The notes: generated by a model not told the origin, from the letters alone. 64,000 bases of DNA from Gemmatimonas sp. (GCA_965279375.1 OZ257156.1:960001-1024000); one strand, 5' to 3'. Positions 1 through 10,176 are shown, counted from the stretch's first letter. Translations and numbers: made by a program.

Positions 1-228
1 GACGTGATGATGATGCTGGGTGTGCCGTACGGCGATGCCGTGAACAAGGCGCCGGCGATGGCGCGTGAGCAGGCCAAGAGCATCGCGGCCGCGATTGTCG
101 AACAGGGTGGACCGGCTGGCCTCGAAGACAAGGAGATCGTCGCGATCGTTGCCTACATGCAGCGCCTCGGGCGCGACATCAAGGTCGCCAAGGTCGCTGC
201 CAACAGCACCGGGGGATCGATCAAGTGA
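1..228 (+). CDS. ccoO: cbb3-type cytochrome c oxidase subunit II C-terminus (partial, begins before the window; may be a CcoN-O fusion)
   Basis: LGVPY...EIVAIVAYMQRLG is the typical CcoO C-terminus; directly precedes ccoQ/ccoP. Confidence 0.88.
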   Translation, partial: DVMMMLGVPYGDAVNKAPAMAREQAKSIAAAIVEQGGPAGLEDKEIVAIVAYMQRLGRDIKVAKVAANSTGGSIK

Positions 229-419
229 AACTCTCCGACATCATGTCCCACGCTGGTCTCGCGATGTACGCGCAGGTCGCCCTCGTGCTCTTCTTCGGGG
301 TGTTCATCGCCGTAGCCATCCGTACCTACGCGCCTTCCCGCCGCGGCGTGCTCGATGACGCCGCGCTGCTTCCGCTCGATGACGGCCGCACGGTCGCGCA
401 CACTTCACAGGAGAGCTGA
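225..419 (+). CDS. ccoQ: cbb3-type cytochrome c oxidase subunit IV
   Basis: 64 aa, one TM helix, ends AALLPLDD; 4-nt overlap with ccoO. Confidence 0.85.
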   Translation: MKLSDIMSHAGLAMYAQVALVLFFGVFIAVAIRTYAPSRRGVLDDAALLPLDDGRTVAHTSQES

Positions 420-422
420 CCC

Positions 423-995
423 GTGGCCAGCGAGAAGCAGAACGAGACCGATCGCATCCTCGAGCACGAGTACGACGGTATTCAAGAGTACGACAATCCG
501 ATGCCGAGGTGGTGGCTGCTGACATTTGCCGGCACGATCATCTTCTCCGTCATCTACGTCTTCGACGTGGGCCCGATCGGCAACGGCAAGGGACGCATCG
601 CCGACTATGAGGCGGACATGAAGGCCTTCGCGGCAGCGCATCCCGCTCCCACCGGCAGCGATTTCTCCGGCGAGCAGCTGCTGGTCATCGCGAAGGATCA
701 CGAGGCGATGGAAGAAGGGAAGGAAACGTTCACCACCTACTGCGCCTCGTGTCATCGCGCGGACGGCGGCGGTCTCATCGGACCGAACCTGACGGACAGC
801 TACTGGATTCACGGCGCCACTCTACCGGACCTGTACAAGACGGTCACCAACGGCGTGCTCGAGAAAGGCATGCCGCCCTGGGGCAAGACACTCAAGCCCG
901 AGCAGATCGCGCGCGTCGTCGGATACGTGTCCACCATGCAGGGGAGCAACCCGGCGAACCCGAAAGCTCCGCAAGGAGTACAGGCGACACCGTGA
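423..995 (+). CDS. ccoP: cbb3-type cytochrome c oxidase subunit III (short, mono-heme)
   Basis: HEYDGIQEYDNPMPRWW N-terminal motif, single CASCH heme site, GPNLTD and GMPPWG. Confidence 0.93.
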   Translation: MASEKQNETDRILEHEYDGIQEYDNPMPRWWLLTFAGTIIFSVIYVFDVGPIGNGKGRIADYEADMKAFAAAHPAPTGSDFSGEQLLVIAKDHEAMEEGKETFTTYCASCHRADGGGLIGPNLTDSYWIHGATLPDLYKTVTNGVLEKGMPPWGKTLKPEQIARVVGYVSTMQGSNPANPKAPQGVQATP

Positions 996-2416
996 GCACG
1001 ATTGCGCCACCCAAAAGCAGCGGGCGTGTTCTTCCGACGTTGAACGAAGACGGCACTCGGCGCTGGATTCGGCCGAAGCCGTCGCACGGACCGTGGTGGG
1101 AACGGCGGCGTGTCGTGGCCTACCAGTTGATGGCGATCTTCTTTGCCATTCCGCATCTGCGCGTCGGCGGGCAGCCCATGTTCCTCATGGACCTGCCCGC
1201 CCGGAAGTTCACGTTGATGGGCTACACGTTCCTGCCCACCGACACGCTGCTGTTGATGTTCACGTTGGGCAGCATCATCATCGGGATCTTCCTCATCACC
1301 GCGTTCTTCGGACGCGCGTGGTGCGGCTGGGCCTGCCCGCAGACCGTCTATCTCGAGTTCCTCTTTCGCCCGGTGGGCCGCTGGTTCGACGGCGGTTACA
1401 CCGGCGCGCGCAATCTCGACAAGAAGGGCGAGTGGTTCACGCCCATGCGCATCGGCAAGTACGTCGCGTTCCTGACGATGTCGCTGTTCGTGTCGCACAC
1501 GCTGCTCGCGTTCTTCGTCGGTACCGAGAATCTCTACCACTGGGTGCTCGGCTCACCGGCCGCGCATCCCACTGCATTCCTGCTGGTGACGCTCTTCACC
1601 GGCGTCGTGTGGTTCAATTTCACATACTTTCGTGAGCAGACCTGCCTCATCGTCTGCCCCTACGGCCGCTGGCAGTCGGCGTTGATCGATCGGCAGTCGG
1701 TCATTGTCGCATATGATGTAAAGCGCGGCGAACCGCGCGCCCTTGGCACGGCTGATCGTCCCGCGAATGCAGGCGATTGCATCTCCTGCGGCGCCTGCGT
1801 GCAGACCTGCCCGACGGGCATCGATATACGCAATGGCCTGCAGATGGAGTGCGTGCACTGCACGCAGTGCATCGACGCGTGCGATGACGTGATGACCCGC
1901 ATCGGCAAGCCGAAGGGACTGATTCGCTACTCCTCGCAGGATGCGATGGCCGGCAAGCCCCGGAAGCTGCTGCGGCTACGCACGGTGCTCTATCCGCTGG
2001 TGCTCACCATCATGCTGGGCGGCTTGATCACATCGCTCGTGATGAAGGACACCGCCGACATCACGGTGCTGCGCGGTATCGGTGCGCCATTCGGTGAAGA
2101 GTCGGACGGTCGCATTTCCAATCAGGTCCGCATCAAGATCGCCAACCGCGCGCACACCGACGCGCAGTACGCCATCGTCGTCAACGGCCTCGAAGGTGCC
2201 GGGCTTCAGGACAGCGAAGTCACCGTTGTCGCCCCCGAGAATCCGATGACGATCGCCGGCGGCGCCACGCGTGAGACCAGCATGTTCATCCTGCTGCCGC
2301 GCAAGGCGTTCACCAACGGCGAACTGAACATCGTGCTGACCATCAGCGATGGACACAGCTCCACGCAGGAGATTCCGTATCGCCTGCTTGGCCCCTCCAC
2401 CGGAGCATCCAAGTGA
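992..2416 (+). CDS. ccoG: cytochrome c oxidase accessory protein CcoG/FixG
   Basis: GRAWCGWACPQT, CPYGR, CISCGACVQTCP and ECVHCTQCIDAC Fe-S motifs; GTG start at 992 overlaps the ccoP stop. Confidence 0.95.
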   Translation: MSTIAPPKSSGRVLPTLNEDGTRRWIRPKPSHGPWWERRRVVAYQLMAIFFAIPHLRVGGQPMFLMDLPARKFTLMGYTFLPTDTLLLMFTLGSIIIGIFLITAFFGRAWCGWACPQTVYLEFLFRPVGRWFDGGYTGARNLDKKGEWFTPMRIGKYVAFLTMSLFVSHTLLAFFVGTENLYHWVLGSPAAHPTAFLLVTLFTGVVWFNFTYFREQTCLIVCPYGRWQSALIDRQSVIVAYDVKRGEPRALGTADRPANAGDCISCGACVQTCPTGIDIRNGLQMECVHCTQCIDACDDVMTRIGKPKGLIRYSSQDAMAGKPRKLLRLRTVLYPLVLTIMLGGLITSLVMKDTADITVLRGIGAPFGEESDGRISNQVRIKIANRAHTDAQYAIVVNGLEGAGLQDSEVTVVAPENPMTIAGGATRETSMFILLPRKAFTNGELNIVLTISDGHSSTQEIPYRLLGPSTGASK

Positions 2417-2913
2417 AAGCCGGCATGATGTGGCCGATCGGCATCACCGCCATTCTTGGCGCCACGGTCGCTGCGAACATCGTCATGATGCGTCTGGCGA
2501 GTGACGACCCCTCGATGGCCATCGAACCGGACTACTACAAGAAGGCGGTGGATTTCGATTCGACGATGGCCGCCGAGCGTCGCAGCAACGCGCTGGGTTG
2601 GACCGCGGTAAGCTCGATTGATCCGATCGTGGCTGGCAAGCCGACGCGCGTGCGCGTGCGCCTGGCTACGGTGGATGGCACCCCGATCCCCGACGCCACG
2701 GTGCGTGTGGTCGCACTGTTCAACGCGCGCGCCAACGATCTCAAGCAGGCAACAATGGTCGCGCAGTCCGACAGCAGCTACGCCGCATCCCTCGACATCG
2801 GCTTCCCCGGGCAATGGGAGGTTAGGGTGGACGCCACGCGTGGCGCGGCGCATCTGATCTCGACGTCACGCGTCGAGGTGGGATCATCAACTGGGCGCGG
2901 CACCGTCCCGTGA
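2413..2913 (+). CDS. ccoH: FixH/CcoH family protein
   Basis: N-terminal WP-TM helix, DYYKKA, GQWEVRV; position in the cco cluster. Confidence 0.85.
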   Translation: MKAGMMWPIGITAILGATVAANIVMMRLASDDPSMAIEPDYYKKAVDFDSTMAAERRSNALGWTAVSSIDPIVAGKPTRVRVRLATVDGTPIPDATVRVVALFNARANDLKQATMVAQSDSSYAASLDIGFPGQWEVRVDATRGAAHLISTSRVEVGSSTGRGTVP

Positions 2914-3689
2914 TTCCCGCCGCGCTGGGCATTCTTGTCGCAAGCCTCATCGGCAGCGTGCACTGCGCGGCGATGTGCGGCGGCTTTGTCTGTTTCTACG
3001 CAGGTGCGGGTCCATCGGGCAGCAACGATGGACCGGTCGCGCTGCGTGCGCATGCGATGTACAACGTCGGACGCCTTGCCTCGTATCTGCTGCTCGGTGC
3101 CATCGCCGGCGCACTCGGCGCAGGCGTATCGATGGTGGGGCGCATGGCCGGTGTCGCACACGCGGCTACCGTGATCGCCGGCGCGCTGATGATCGGCTGG
3201 GCGATCAGCACGATCGCCGCGCAACGCGGCGTGTCGATCGGCGCGGTGCACGCGCCGGAAGCGTGGCAGCGCGCGTTGGGCAAGGCGCTGCATGCCGTGC
3301 GCGAGCAACCGATGTCGGTGCGTGCTGGACTCACAGGATTGCTTACCACCATGCTCCCGTGCGGCTGGCTGTACGTCTTCGTCGCCACCGCAGGGAGCAC
3401 CGGCACTGTGCGGGGCGGACTCACCGTCATGGGGATCTTCTGGCTGGGAACGGTACCGGCATTGCTCGCCGTGGGGCTTGGCGCGCAGCGCGTGTTTGGC
3501 CCGCTGCGCAAACGACTGCCGTCGCTCAGCGCCGTCGCGGTGTTGGTGATGGGCGTGCTGGCGATGAGCGGACACCTGTCGATGCAAACGATGCAGGGAA
3601 TGCAGCACGACACCATACAGCACAACGCGATGCAACACGACATGACGCCGAAACAGTTGATGTCGCCCGAGAGACCGCATGAGCACTGA
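2910..3689 (+). CDS. DsbD_2 / sulfite exporter TauE-SafE-like membrane protein (cbb3 assembly)
   Basis: GSVHCAAMCGG, YNVGRLASY, LPCGWLY and FWLGTVP motifs; multi-TM; Met/His-rich tail. Confidence 0.88.
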   Translation: MIPAALGILVASLIGSVHCAAMCGGFVCFYAGAGPSGSNDGPVALRAHAMYNVGRLASYLLLGAIAGALGAGVSMVGRMAGVAHAATVIAGALMIGWAISTIAAQRGVSIGAVHAPEAWQRALGKALHAVREQPMSVRAGLTGLLTTMLPCGWLYVFVATAGSTGTVRGGLTVMGIFWLGTVPALLAVGLGAQRVFGPLRKRLPSLSAVAVLVMGVLAMSGHLSMQTMQGMQHDTIQHNAMQHDMTPKQLMSPERPHEH

Positions 3690-6153
3690 GACGCTGCGCC
3701 TGAATGGCGTGGATGCATCGGCAACCGATGTCGCCTGCGCGCACTGCGGGCTTCCGGTTCCTGACGGCTTCATCGAGCAGGATGCCACGGCGCAGTTCTG
3801 CTGCGCGGGATGCCACACGGCATACGGCATTCTGCACGCGCACGGCCTCGATCAGTACTACGGCTTCGCTGAACGTCGCGAAGCGCCGGTGCGCGCCTCG
3901 GGGCGCAAGTACGAGGAGTTCGATCACCCGTCGTTCAATTCGCTGTACGTCACGCTGGCGCCGTCAGGGCTGTCGCGTACCGAGCTCTATCTCGAAGGTG
4001 TGCACTGCTCGTCATGCGTGTGGCTGGTGGAGCGCATGCCGTTGCTGGTGCCGGGCGTGGCGCGCGCCGAGTTGGATGTGAGACGCTCGCTGGCCGTGGT
4101 GGAGTGGGATCTGGCGGCGGTGCCGCTGTCGGAGATTGCACAGTCGCTCGATGCGCTGGGCTATCCGCCGCACCCGTTCCGCGGCGTCGCGCGGGACGCC
4201 ATGCGTCGTCGGGAAGATCGCGCGATGCTCGTGCGCATTGGCGTGGCCGGCGCGATCGCGATCAACGTCATGCTCGCCGCGCTCGCACTGTACAGCGGCG
4301 ACGTGAACGGCATGGAAGCGCAGTACGAACGCTTCTTCCGGTGGATCAGCTTCGCGCTGGTGGTGCCCACCTTCATCTGGCCGGGGCGCGTCTTCTTTAC
4401 CGGTGCGTGGGCCGCGCTGCGTACGCGTTCGCTGCACATGGATCTCCCCATCGCGATCGCGCTGGCGGCCGGCTTCATTCGCGGCGGCATCAACACCATC
4501 GCTGACAGCGGCCCGGTCTACTTCGACGGGCTCGCGATTCTCATCTTCGCGCTCTTGGTCGGACGGTTCCTGCAGCAGCGCGGACAGCGCATGGCGGCGG
4601 ATGCGGCCGAGTTGCTGCATGCGGTTGCGCCGTCGGCCGCGCACATCATCGAAGGCGGTGTGCGGCGTGAGGTTCCGGCCGAAGCGCTCCTCCCCGGCAT
4701 GGTGCTCGATGTGCGCGCCGGCGAGAGCTTTGCCGCCGACGGTACCGTCATCGAAGGGCGTTCGGCGGTGAACGCCGCATTGCTCACCGGCGAGTCGCGG
4801 CCAACGTCGGTGAGTGTTGGTGCGCGTGTGTTTGCCGGTACGCAGAACGTGGAAGCGCCGTTGCTCGTGCGCGTGGAAGAAGCAGGCGAGACGAGCCGCA
4901 TCGCCAAGCTGCTGCGTCAGGTGGAAGAGAGCGCGAGTCGACGAGCGCCGGTGGTGCAGCTGGCCAACCGCATGGCCGGGATCTTCGTGGCGGTCGTGCT
5001 GGTCGCAACCGCGCTGGTGTACGTCGTCTCCACGCGGATGGGCGCCGTGCATGCGCTCGACAACGCGATCGCGCTGCTCATCGTTACTTGCCCGTGCGCG
5101 CTCGCGCTCGCCACGCCGCTCGCCATCACCGTGGCGGTCGGACGCGCGGCCAGCGGCGGCATGCTCATCAAGGGTGGCGACGCGCTCGAGCTTCTGGCCC
5201 AGCCGGCCACCTTGGTGCTCGACAAGACGGGCACCATCACCGAAGGGCGCACCGCGCTCGTCTCGTGGGTGGGGCCGGAGTGGGTGCAGCCCCTGGTGCT
5301 GTCGCTGGAAGAAGGCTCGTCGCATCCATTGGCCGACGGTTTCCGCCGCGCGTGGACGCATCTCGAGCTGCTTCCGGTTGAATACGCTCGCCACATCGCC
5401 GGCGGTGGCATGACCGGCATCGTGAATGGCCATGCGCTGCGCGTCGGCTCACCGCGATTCGTACGAGACGGCCTCACTGCGACGACCACCACCGATGCTG
5501 GGCTGGCCTCGGCGATCGCCGCCATCGACGCCACGCTCACCCCGGTACACATCGCGGTGGACGGCGTGCTCGTTGCCGCGGCAGGCTTGGGTGACCGCAT
5601 TCGCGATGACGCGCTCGTGTCGCTCAACGCGCTGCGTGCCCGTGGCTGGCGCACGGTGATGCTCAGCGGCGATTCCCCCGACGTCGTGGCATCGGTGGGG
5701 CGCACGCTGGGATTTGCCCCTGAGGACCTCGTGGGCGCGGCGTCGCCCGAGGACAAGCTGGCCTTCGTGGAGCGGATCAAGCGCCATGGCGCGGTCGTCA
5801 TGGTGGGCGACGGGGTCAACGATGCGGCCGCCATCGCTGCGGCGAGTGTCGGCATTGGCGTGCACGGCGGCGCCGAGGCCTGCCTCGCCACAGCGGATAT
5901 CTATCTCGCACGGCCGGGGCTTGGCGCACTGGTCGAGCTGACCGACGGCGCACGGCGCACCATGCGCGCGATCCGTCGCAACATCGCCTTCTCGATCGGC
6001 TACAACCTCATCGGTGCCGGGCTCGCTGCGGTCGGGCTGCTCTCGCCTCTCATTGCCGCGATCCTCATGCCGACGAGCTCGATCACCGTCGTGCTGGGCT
6101 CGTGGTACAGTCACACATTCGCGCGCATCGCGCGCCGGGAGTCCGTCGCATGA
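3679..6153 (+). CDS. ccoI: heavy-metal (Cu) P1B-type ATPase CcoI/FixI
   Basis: CAHCG...FCCAGC N-terminus, HCSSC, LTGES, CPCAL, DKTGT and GDGVNDA motifs. Confidence 0.95.
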   Translation: MSTETLRLNGVDASATDVACAHCGLPVPDGFIEQDATAQFCCAGCHTAYGILHAHGLDQYYGFAERREAPVRASGRKYEEFDHPSFNSLYVTLAPSGLSRTELYLEGVHCSSCVWLVERMPLLVPGVARAELDVRRSLAVVEWDLAAVPLSEIAQSLDALGYPPHPFRGVARDAMRRREDRAMLVRIGVAGAIAINVMLAALALYSGDVNGMEAQYERFFRWISFALVVPTFIWPGRVFFTGAWAALRTRSLHMDLPIAIALAAGFIRGGINTIADSGPVYFDGLAILIFALLVGRFLQQRGQRMAADAAELLHAVAPSAAHIIEGGVRREVPAEALLPGMVLDVRAGESFAADGTVIEGRSAVNAALLTGESRPTSVSVGARVFAGTQNVEAPLLVRVEEAGETSRIAKLLRQVEESASRRAPVVQLANRMAGIFVAVVLVATALVYVVSTRMGAVHALDNAIALLIVTCPCALALATPLAITVAVGRAASGGMLIKGGDALELLAQPATLVLDKTGTITEGRTALVSWVGPEWVQPLVLSLEEGSSHPLADGFRRAWTHLELLPVEYARHIAGGGMTGIVNGHALRVGSPRFVRDGLTATTTTDAGLASAIAAIDATLTPVHIAVDGVLVAAAGLGDRIRDDALVSLNALRARGWRTVMLSGDSPDVVASVGRTLGFAPEDLVGAASPEDKLAFVERIKRHGAVVMVGDGVNDAAAIAAASVGIGVHGGAEACLATADIYLARPGLGALVELTDGARRTMRAIRRNIAFSIGYNLIGAGLAAVGLLSPLIAAILMPTSSITVVLGSWYSHTFARIARRESVA

Positions 6154-6314
6154 GCGTCATCTTTCTGGTCCTGCCACTGGCCCTCGTGATCGTGGGCGCG
6201 GCCGTTGGCGCATTCGTCTGGTCGGCCCGCAGCGGGCAAATGGACGACCTGGAAACACCGGCCATGCGCATGTTGCACGACGACGCCCCAATCGTGACAC
6301 CACGTCTGCCTTGA
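6150..6314 (+). CDS. ccoS: cbb3 oxidase assembly protein CcoS
   Basis: MSVIFLVLPLAL...FVWSARSGQMDDLETPAMRML; ATG overlaps the ccoI stop. Confidence 0.92.
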   Translation: MSVIFLVLPLALVIVGAAVGAFVWSARSGQMDDLETPAMRMLHDDAPIVTPRLP

Positions 6315-6344
6315 CCGCAGTCCTCGGCGAGGGGACATTGCGGT

Positions 6345-6575
6345 ATGTCACAGAGTTCATCGAACGATCCCTACGGCGGTACTGAACGCCGCAGCAATCC
6401 ACGCCTCCGCGAGCTGGTCGACGAAATGCTCGCGTCGATTCGCGCCGCGTCCAATGTCGACCTGTGGACGCCCGACGAGCGCTCGCGCTATCAGGCAGAC
6501 ATGGCGCGCATCATGGAATCGGTGCGCGAACACGCCGTCGACCGTAGCCGCACCCCGGGCTCCACGCGCGACTAG
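6345..6575 (+). CDS. hypothetical small helical protein
   Basis: 76 aa with GAGG upstream and amphipathic-helix pattern; fills the gap between ccoS and a convergent gene. Confidence 0.6.
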   Translation: MSQSSSNDPYGGTERRSNPRLRELVDEMLASIRAASNVDLWTPDERSRYQADMARIMESVREHAVDRSRTPGSTRD

Positions 6576-6578
6576 CTG

Positions 6579-7091
6579 CTACGCCTTTTTCGCTCGGCCA
6601 GTCAGGCGAGCGCCGATGGCGGCGACACACCAGAGCGCGGCCGCGATCACGAGCAGGAACTTCACGCTCGCACACACCGTCGCGAGGTGCGCCAGTCCGT
6701 CGCTCGCGCCGTGATCGATCATGCGCCACAGCGCGAGGTTCTCTGCCGCGTCGAGCGGCATGCACAACAGGACCGCGCGCTTGAGGAGTGCACCGGCGCG
6801 CAGCATGGCCTCCGATCGCTGACTGCCCAACAGCAGTCCGATCAGCGACGTGAACATCAGCGGATACGCGATCAGGAACGCGAAATCGACGCCGAGGCTG
6901 ACCTTGGCAGTTTCCAGCGCATCGGTCTGACGCCATGCGGTGAGGTACATGTCTGCTCCCTCACGCGACCACGCCAGCTCGTAACCCACGATGCCGCGCG
7001 GCGACTGCTCGCCGCGCAACGATTCATCGAAGCCGCGCAGCTGCAGGAAGAGCACCAGCGACAGGATCGCGAAGAAGAGCCAGCGGAACAT
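6579..7091 (-). CDS. hypothetical membrane protein
   Basis: Several hydrophobic segments, DFAFLIAY and DAAEN...KF pattern; CTCC (GGAG on the minus strand) in the upstream region. Confidence 0.7.
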   Translation of the reverse strand: MFRWLFFAILSLVLFLQLRGFDESLRGEQSPRGIVGYELAWSREGADMYLTAWRQTDALETAKVSLGVDFAFLIAYPLMFTSLIGLLLGSQRSEAMLRAGALLKRAVLLCMPLDAAENLALWRMIDHGASDGLAHLATVCASVKFLLVIAAALWCVAAIGARLTGRAKKA

Positions 7092-7195
7092 GGAGATCCG
7101 GTCGAAGGAGAGGTGGGGGCGTCCACGCTCTCCAAACTTGCTTCAGTGCACACGCGATTCAATGTTCCAGTGATGGACGGGCCGGTGGAGTGGCG

Positions 7196-7208
7196 AATTC
7201 GCGCGCAA
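7196..7208 (+). promoter_or_regulatory. Ada box (AAT-N6-GCAA)
   Basis: AAT tcgcgc GCAA, about 85 nt upstream of the ada start; same A-box/B-box layout as the E. coli ada promoter. Confidence 0.6.
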
Positions 7209-7291
7209 GCTCCGGAGTGTCCGAGCGGCTGATCATGGCGAGGTTCCGCGGAGAGCAACCATCACGCCGCAGACACTTGCCGGAGACCGAA

Positions 7292-8407
7292 ATGCCAGAC
7301 GCCACTGTTCCCCGCGTTCCCCAACCCGCTGCCGCACAGATCGGCGTGCCGATAGATCACATCGACGACGTGAGGTTCGCTGCCGTCGTTGCACGCGATG
7401 CCTCAGTGGACGGTTCGTTCTTCTACGCCGTCCGCACCACTGGCGTCGTCTGCAGGCCGTCGTGTGGCGCGCGTACACCCAAGCGCGAGAACGTCTCGTT
7501 CTTCACGTCGGTCGATGCGGCTATCGTCGCTGGCTTCCGCCCGTGCAAACGCTGCCGCCCCGATCAGCCCGCCGATGAACTCGCTCGCGAGGTCGTCACT
7601 GCCGTCTGCCGGCTCATCGACGACGCCATCACGCGCGATCGGCCAGCGCCGACACTCGACGCGCTCGCCGGCAAGATCGGCTACTCGCCGTTCCATCTGC
7701 ATCGGATGTTTCGCAAGGCCACCGGCATCACACCACGCGCCTATGCTGCCGGCGCGCGCGCCAATCGCGTGCGTGCCACTCTCGAAGACGCGCGCACCGT
7801 GTCAGAAGCCATTCACGCCGCCGGCTACAGCTCGTCCAGCCGATTCTACGAACACGCCACGCAACGCCTCGGCATGACGCCCACACGACTCAAGCGCGGC
7901 GGCCGCGACGAAACCATTCGCTTCGCCATCGGCGCGACATCGCTCGGTGCCATGCTCGTGGCGGCAACGGACAAGGGCGTCTGTGCCATCCAGCTCGGCG
8001 ACGACCCCAACGCACTCATTCGCGCGCTCGAAGATCGCTTTCCGCACGCAACGCTGATCGGCGACGACGACGCGTTCTCGACGACTGTGGCACAGGTCGT
8101 CGCGTTCGTGGAATCGCCCAACGGTGCGCTCGCGCTACCGCTCGACATTCGTGGCACGGCCTTTCAGGAGCGCGTGTGGACAGCACTCACCGCGATCGCG
8201 CCGGGACGCACCGTCACCTACACCGAGCTTGCCGCAGCCATCGGGCAGCCGTCTGCCGTGCGCGCCGTCGCGAGTGCGTGCGCAGCCAACGAGATCGCCA
8301 TCGCGATTCCGTGTCACCGCGTAGTGCGATCCAACGGCGAGCTGTCGGGCTATCGCTGGGGTGTCGAACGCAAGGACGCGCTGCTCCGTCGCGAGGGAGC
8401 ACGGTGA
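7292..8407 (+). CDS. ada: bifunctional transcriptional activator / O6-methylguanine-DNA methyltransferase Ada
   Basis: CRPSC...RPCKRC Zn domain, AraC-type HTH (SPFHLHRMF), IPCHRV active site; start placed at ATG 7292. Confidence 0.95.
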   Translation: MPDATVPRVPQPAAAQIGVPIDHIDDVRFAAVVARDASVDGSFFYAVRTTGVVCRPSCGARTPKRENVSFFTSVDAAIVAGFRPCKRCRPDQPADELAREVVTAVCRLIDDAITRDRPAPTLDALAGKIGYSPFHLHRMFRKATGITPRAYAAGARANRVRATLEDARTVSEAIHAAGYSSSSRFYEHATQRLGMTPTRLKRGGRDETIRFAIGATSLGAMLVAATDKGVCAIQLGDDPNALIRALEDRFPHATLIGDDDAFSTTVAQVVAFVESPNGALALPLDIRGTAFQERVWTALTAIAPGRTVTYTELAAAIGQPSAVRAVASACAANEIAIAIPCHRVVRSNGELSGYRWGVERKDALLRREGAR

Positions 8408-9072
8408 ACGCCTTCAACGGCGAACTCTTCGCCGAGTCTGATTTCATTGGTAGCGGGGCACGCAACGTTTCGCTCCCCGAGGGCGCGAAGTTGCTTCCCG
8501 GCTTCGCGTTGGCCGCGGAGCAACCGCTGCTCGCGTCGCTCGAGCAAGTGATGCAGGCAGCACCCATGCGACACATGGTCACTCCCGGCGGACATCGCAT
8601 GTCCGTCGCGATGACCAACTGCGGCGCGTTCGGATGGATCACCGATCACGCCGGCTATCGCTACTCCTCGGTCGATCCGCTGTCGGGCAATGCATGGCCG
8701 GCGATGCCTGAGGTCTTTCGTTCGCTCGCGGTGCGCGCCGCGACGGCGGGTGGCTATCCAGCGTTTTCGCCCGACGCCTGTCTCATCAACCGCTACGAGC
8801 CCGGCGCGCGCATGTCGCTGCATCAGGACAAGAACGAGCGCGACCTCGATGCACCGATTGTCTCCGTGTCGCTCGGTTTAACCGCGAATTTCCAGTTCGG
8901 CGGACTTGAGCGGAGCGACAAGGTGCAACGCGTGGTGCTCCTTCATGGCGACGTCGTCGTGTGGGGTGGCCCGTCGCGTCTCGCGTATCACGGCGTCCTG
9001 CCGCTCAAGGACGGTGAGCACCCGCTACTCGGCCGCCAGCGTCTCAACCTCACCTTTCGCGTCGCGCGCTGA
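8404..9072 (+). CDS. alkB: DNA oxidative demethylase AlkB
   Basis: MSVAMTNCG, CLINRY, LHQDKNE, HGV and RLNLTFR; GTG overlaps the ada stop. Confidence 0.95.
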   Translation: MNAFNGELFAESDFIGSGARNVSLPEGAKLLPGFALAAEQPLLASLEQVMQAAPMRHMVTPGGHRMSVAMTNCGAFGWITDHAGYRYSSVDPLSGNAWPAMPEVFRSLAVRAATAGGYPAFSPDACLINRYEPGARMSLHQDKNERDLDAPIVSVSLGLTANFQFGGLERSDKVQRVVLLHGDVVVWGGPSRLAYHGVLPLKDGEHPLLGRQRLNLTFRVAR

Positions 9073-9081
9073 ACGCGATCG

Positions 9082-10176
9082 CTACCGCAACTTCATGATC
9101 AGACCGTTGTGCGCCTTGATCACGCCCGCGCGCAGAATGTCGAGCCCGTTCTCGTAGCAGTAGAGCCCCATCTGCTTCATGTCCATGAGTTCTCGGTAGC
9201 CATGATTCATGAAGTCCGACATGATGTTGTAGTAGATGCGCGTCTTGAACTGATTGCGCGGCGTGGTCATCACCACGTAACCGCCCGGCTTGAGAAAGCG
9301 TCGGTGCATCTCGATGCACTCGGCCTTGTGCGAATCCGGAAAGTGCTCGAGCAGCCCGATGCTCACCACCACGTCGAACTCGCGTCCGTACTTGAGGTCG
9401 CGAATGTCGGCGACTTCAAAGTGGATCGGCATCTCGTCGCGATACCACACGCGCGGATGGCCCGTAGTCTCGTCCACACCGACGAACGGATACTCCAACG
9501 GGAACTTGCCAAAACGATCCGTCTCGCAGAACGCATCGTAGTCCACCAGCACGATCTCGCCGCCCGGATACATCGCCGCGATCTGCATCGCTTCGTAGCC
9601 GTCGGCGGCGCCGAGAAACAGAATGCGCGGCTTCTTGAGCTGCATGCCGTCAAACAACGCGCGCTTGCCGCGCGGATCCCACACCGCATCCTCGGCGCGC
9701 ATCACCTTGTTCCACCCGGCCAGCCGCACCATGTCTTCCAGTGCGTGTTGCGCTTCGTGCGCATCGACGTGCGACATCGCGTGCGTGAGTGCGTGGCGCG
9801 CCTGCTGCTGCGCCGCGGGCACATCCGTCAGAAAGAACTGATGAAACGCCGTGTTGAAGAGGCGCCAGCCTTCGATGATCGGCAGCGGTTGGTCGTGCGC
9901 CGCCTCGTATTCGCGCCGAGCCCGCGACCACTTCTCCGTTTTGTACGGTCGCCCTACCTGGGCCCACGACATCGCTGACCAATTCGTCGCGCCGAAATCC
10001 ACGAACATGTCCGGCGCTTCGGTGCGCGTGTCGATCACGAATTGCGGTGTCAGCTCGCGGTGTCCGAGCGCGTGACGTGCGCCGCGAGGCCGACCCCACG
10101 GACGATCGGTGGAGGCGGGGAACGCGCGCTTGGCTGCAGCGGCAGCGGGAATCTGGGGAGAGACGAGCGTCGCCAT
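9082..10176 (-). CDS. class I SAM-dependent methyltransferase with N-terminal extension
   Basis: FLGAADG (motif I-like), FDVVVSIGLLEHF, LKPGG. Confidence 0.8.
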   Translation of the reverse strand: MATLVSPQIPAAAAAKRAFPASTDRPWGRPRGARHALGHRELTPQFVIDTRTEAPDMFVDFGATNWSAMSWAQVGRPYKTEKWSRARREYEAAHDQPLPIIEGWRLFNTAFHQFFLTDVPAAQQQARHALTHAMSHVDAHEAQHALEDMVRLAGWNKVMRAEDAVWDPRGKRALFDGMQLKKPRILFLGAADGYEAMQIAAMYPGGEIVLVDYDAFCETDRFGKFPLEYPFVGVDETTGHPRVWYRDEMPIHFEVADIRDLKYGREFDVVVSIGLLEHFPDSHKAECIEMHRRFLKPGGYVVMTTPRNQFKTRIYYNIMSDFMNHGYRELMDMKQMGLYCYENGLDILRAGVIKAHNGLIMKLR

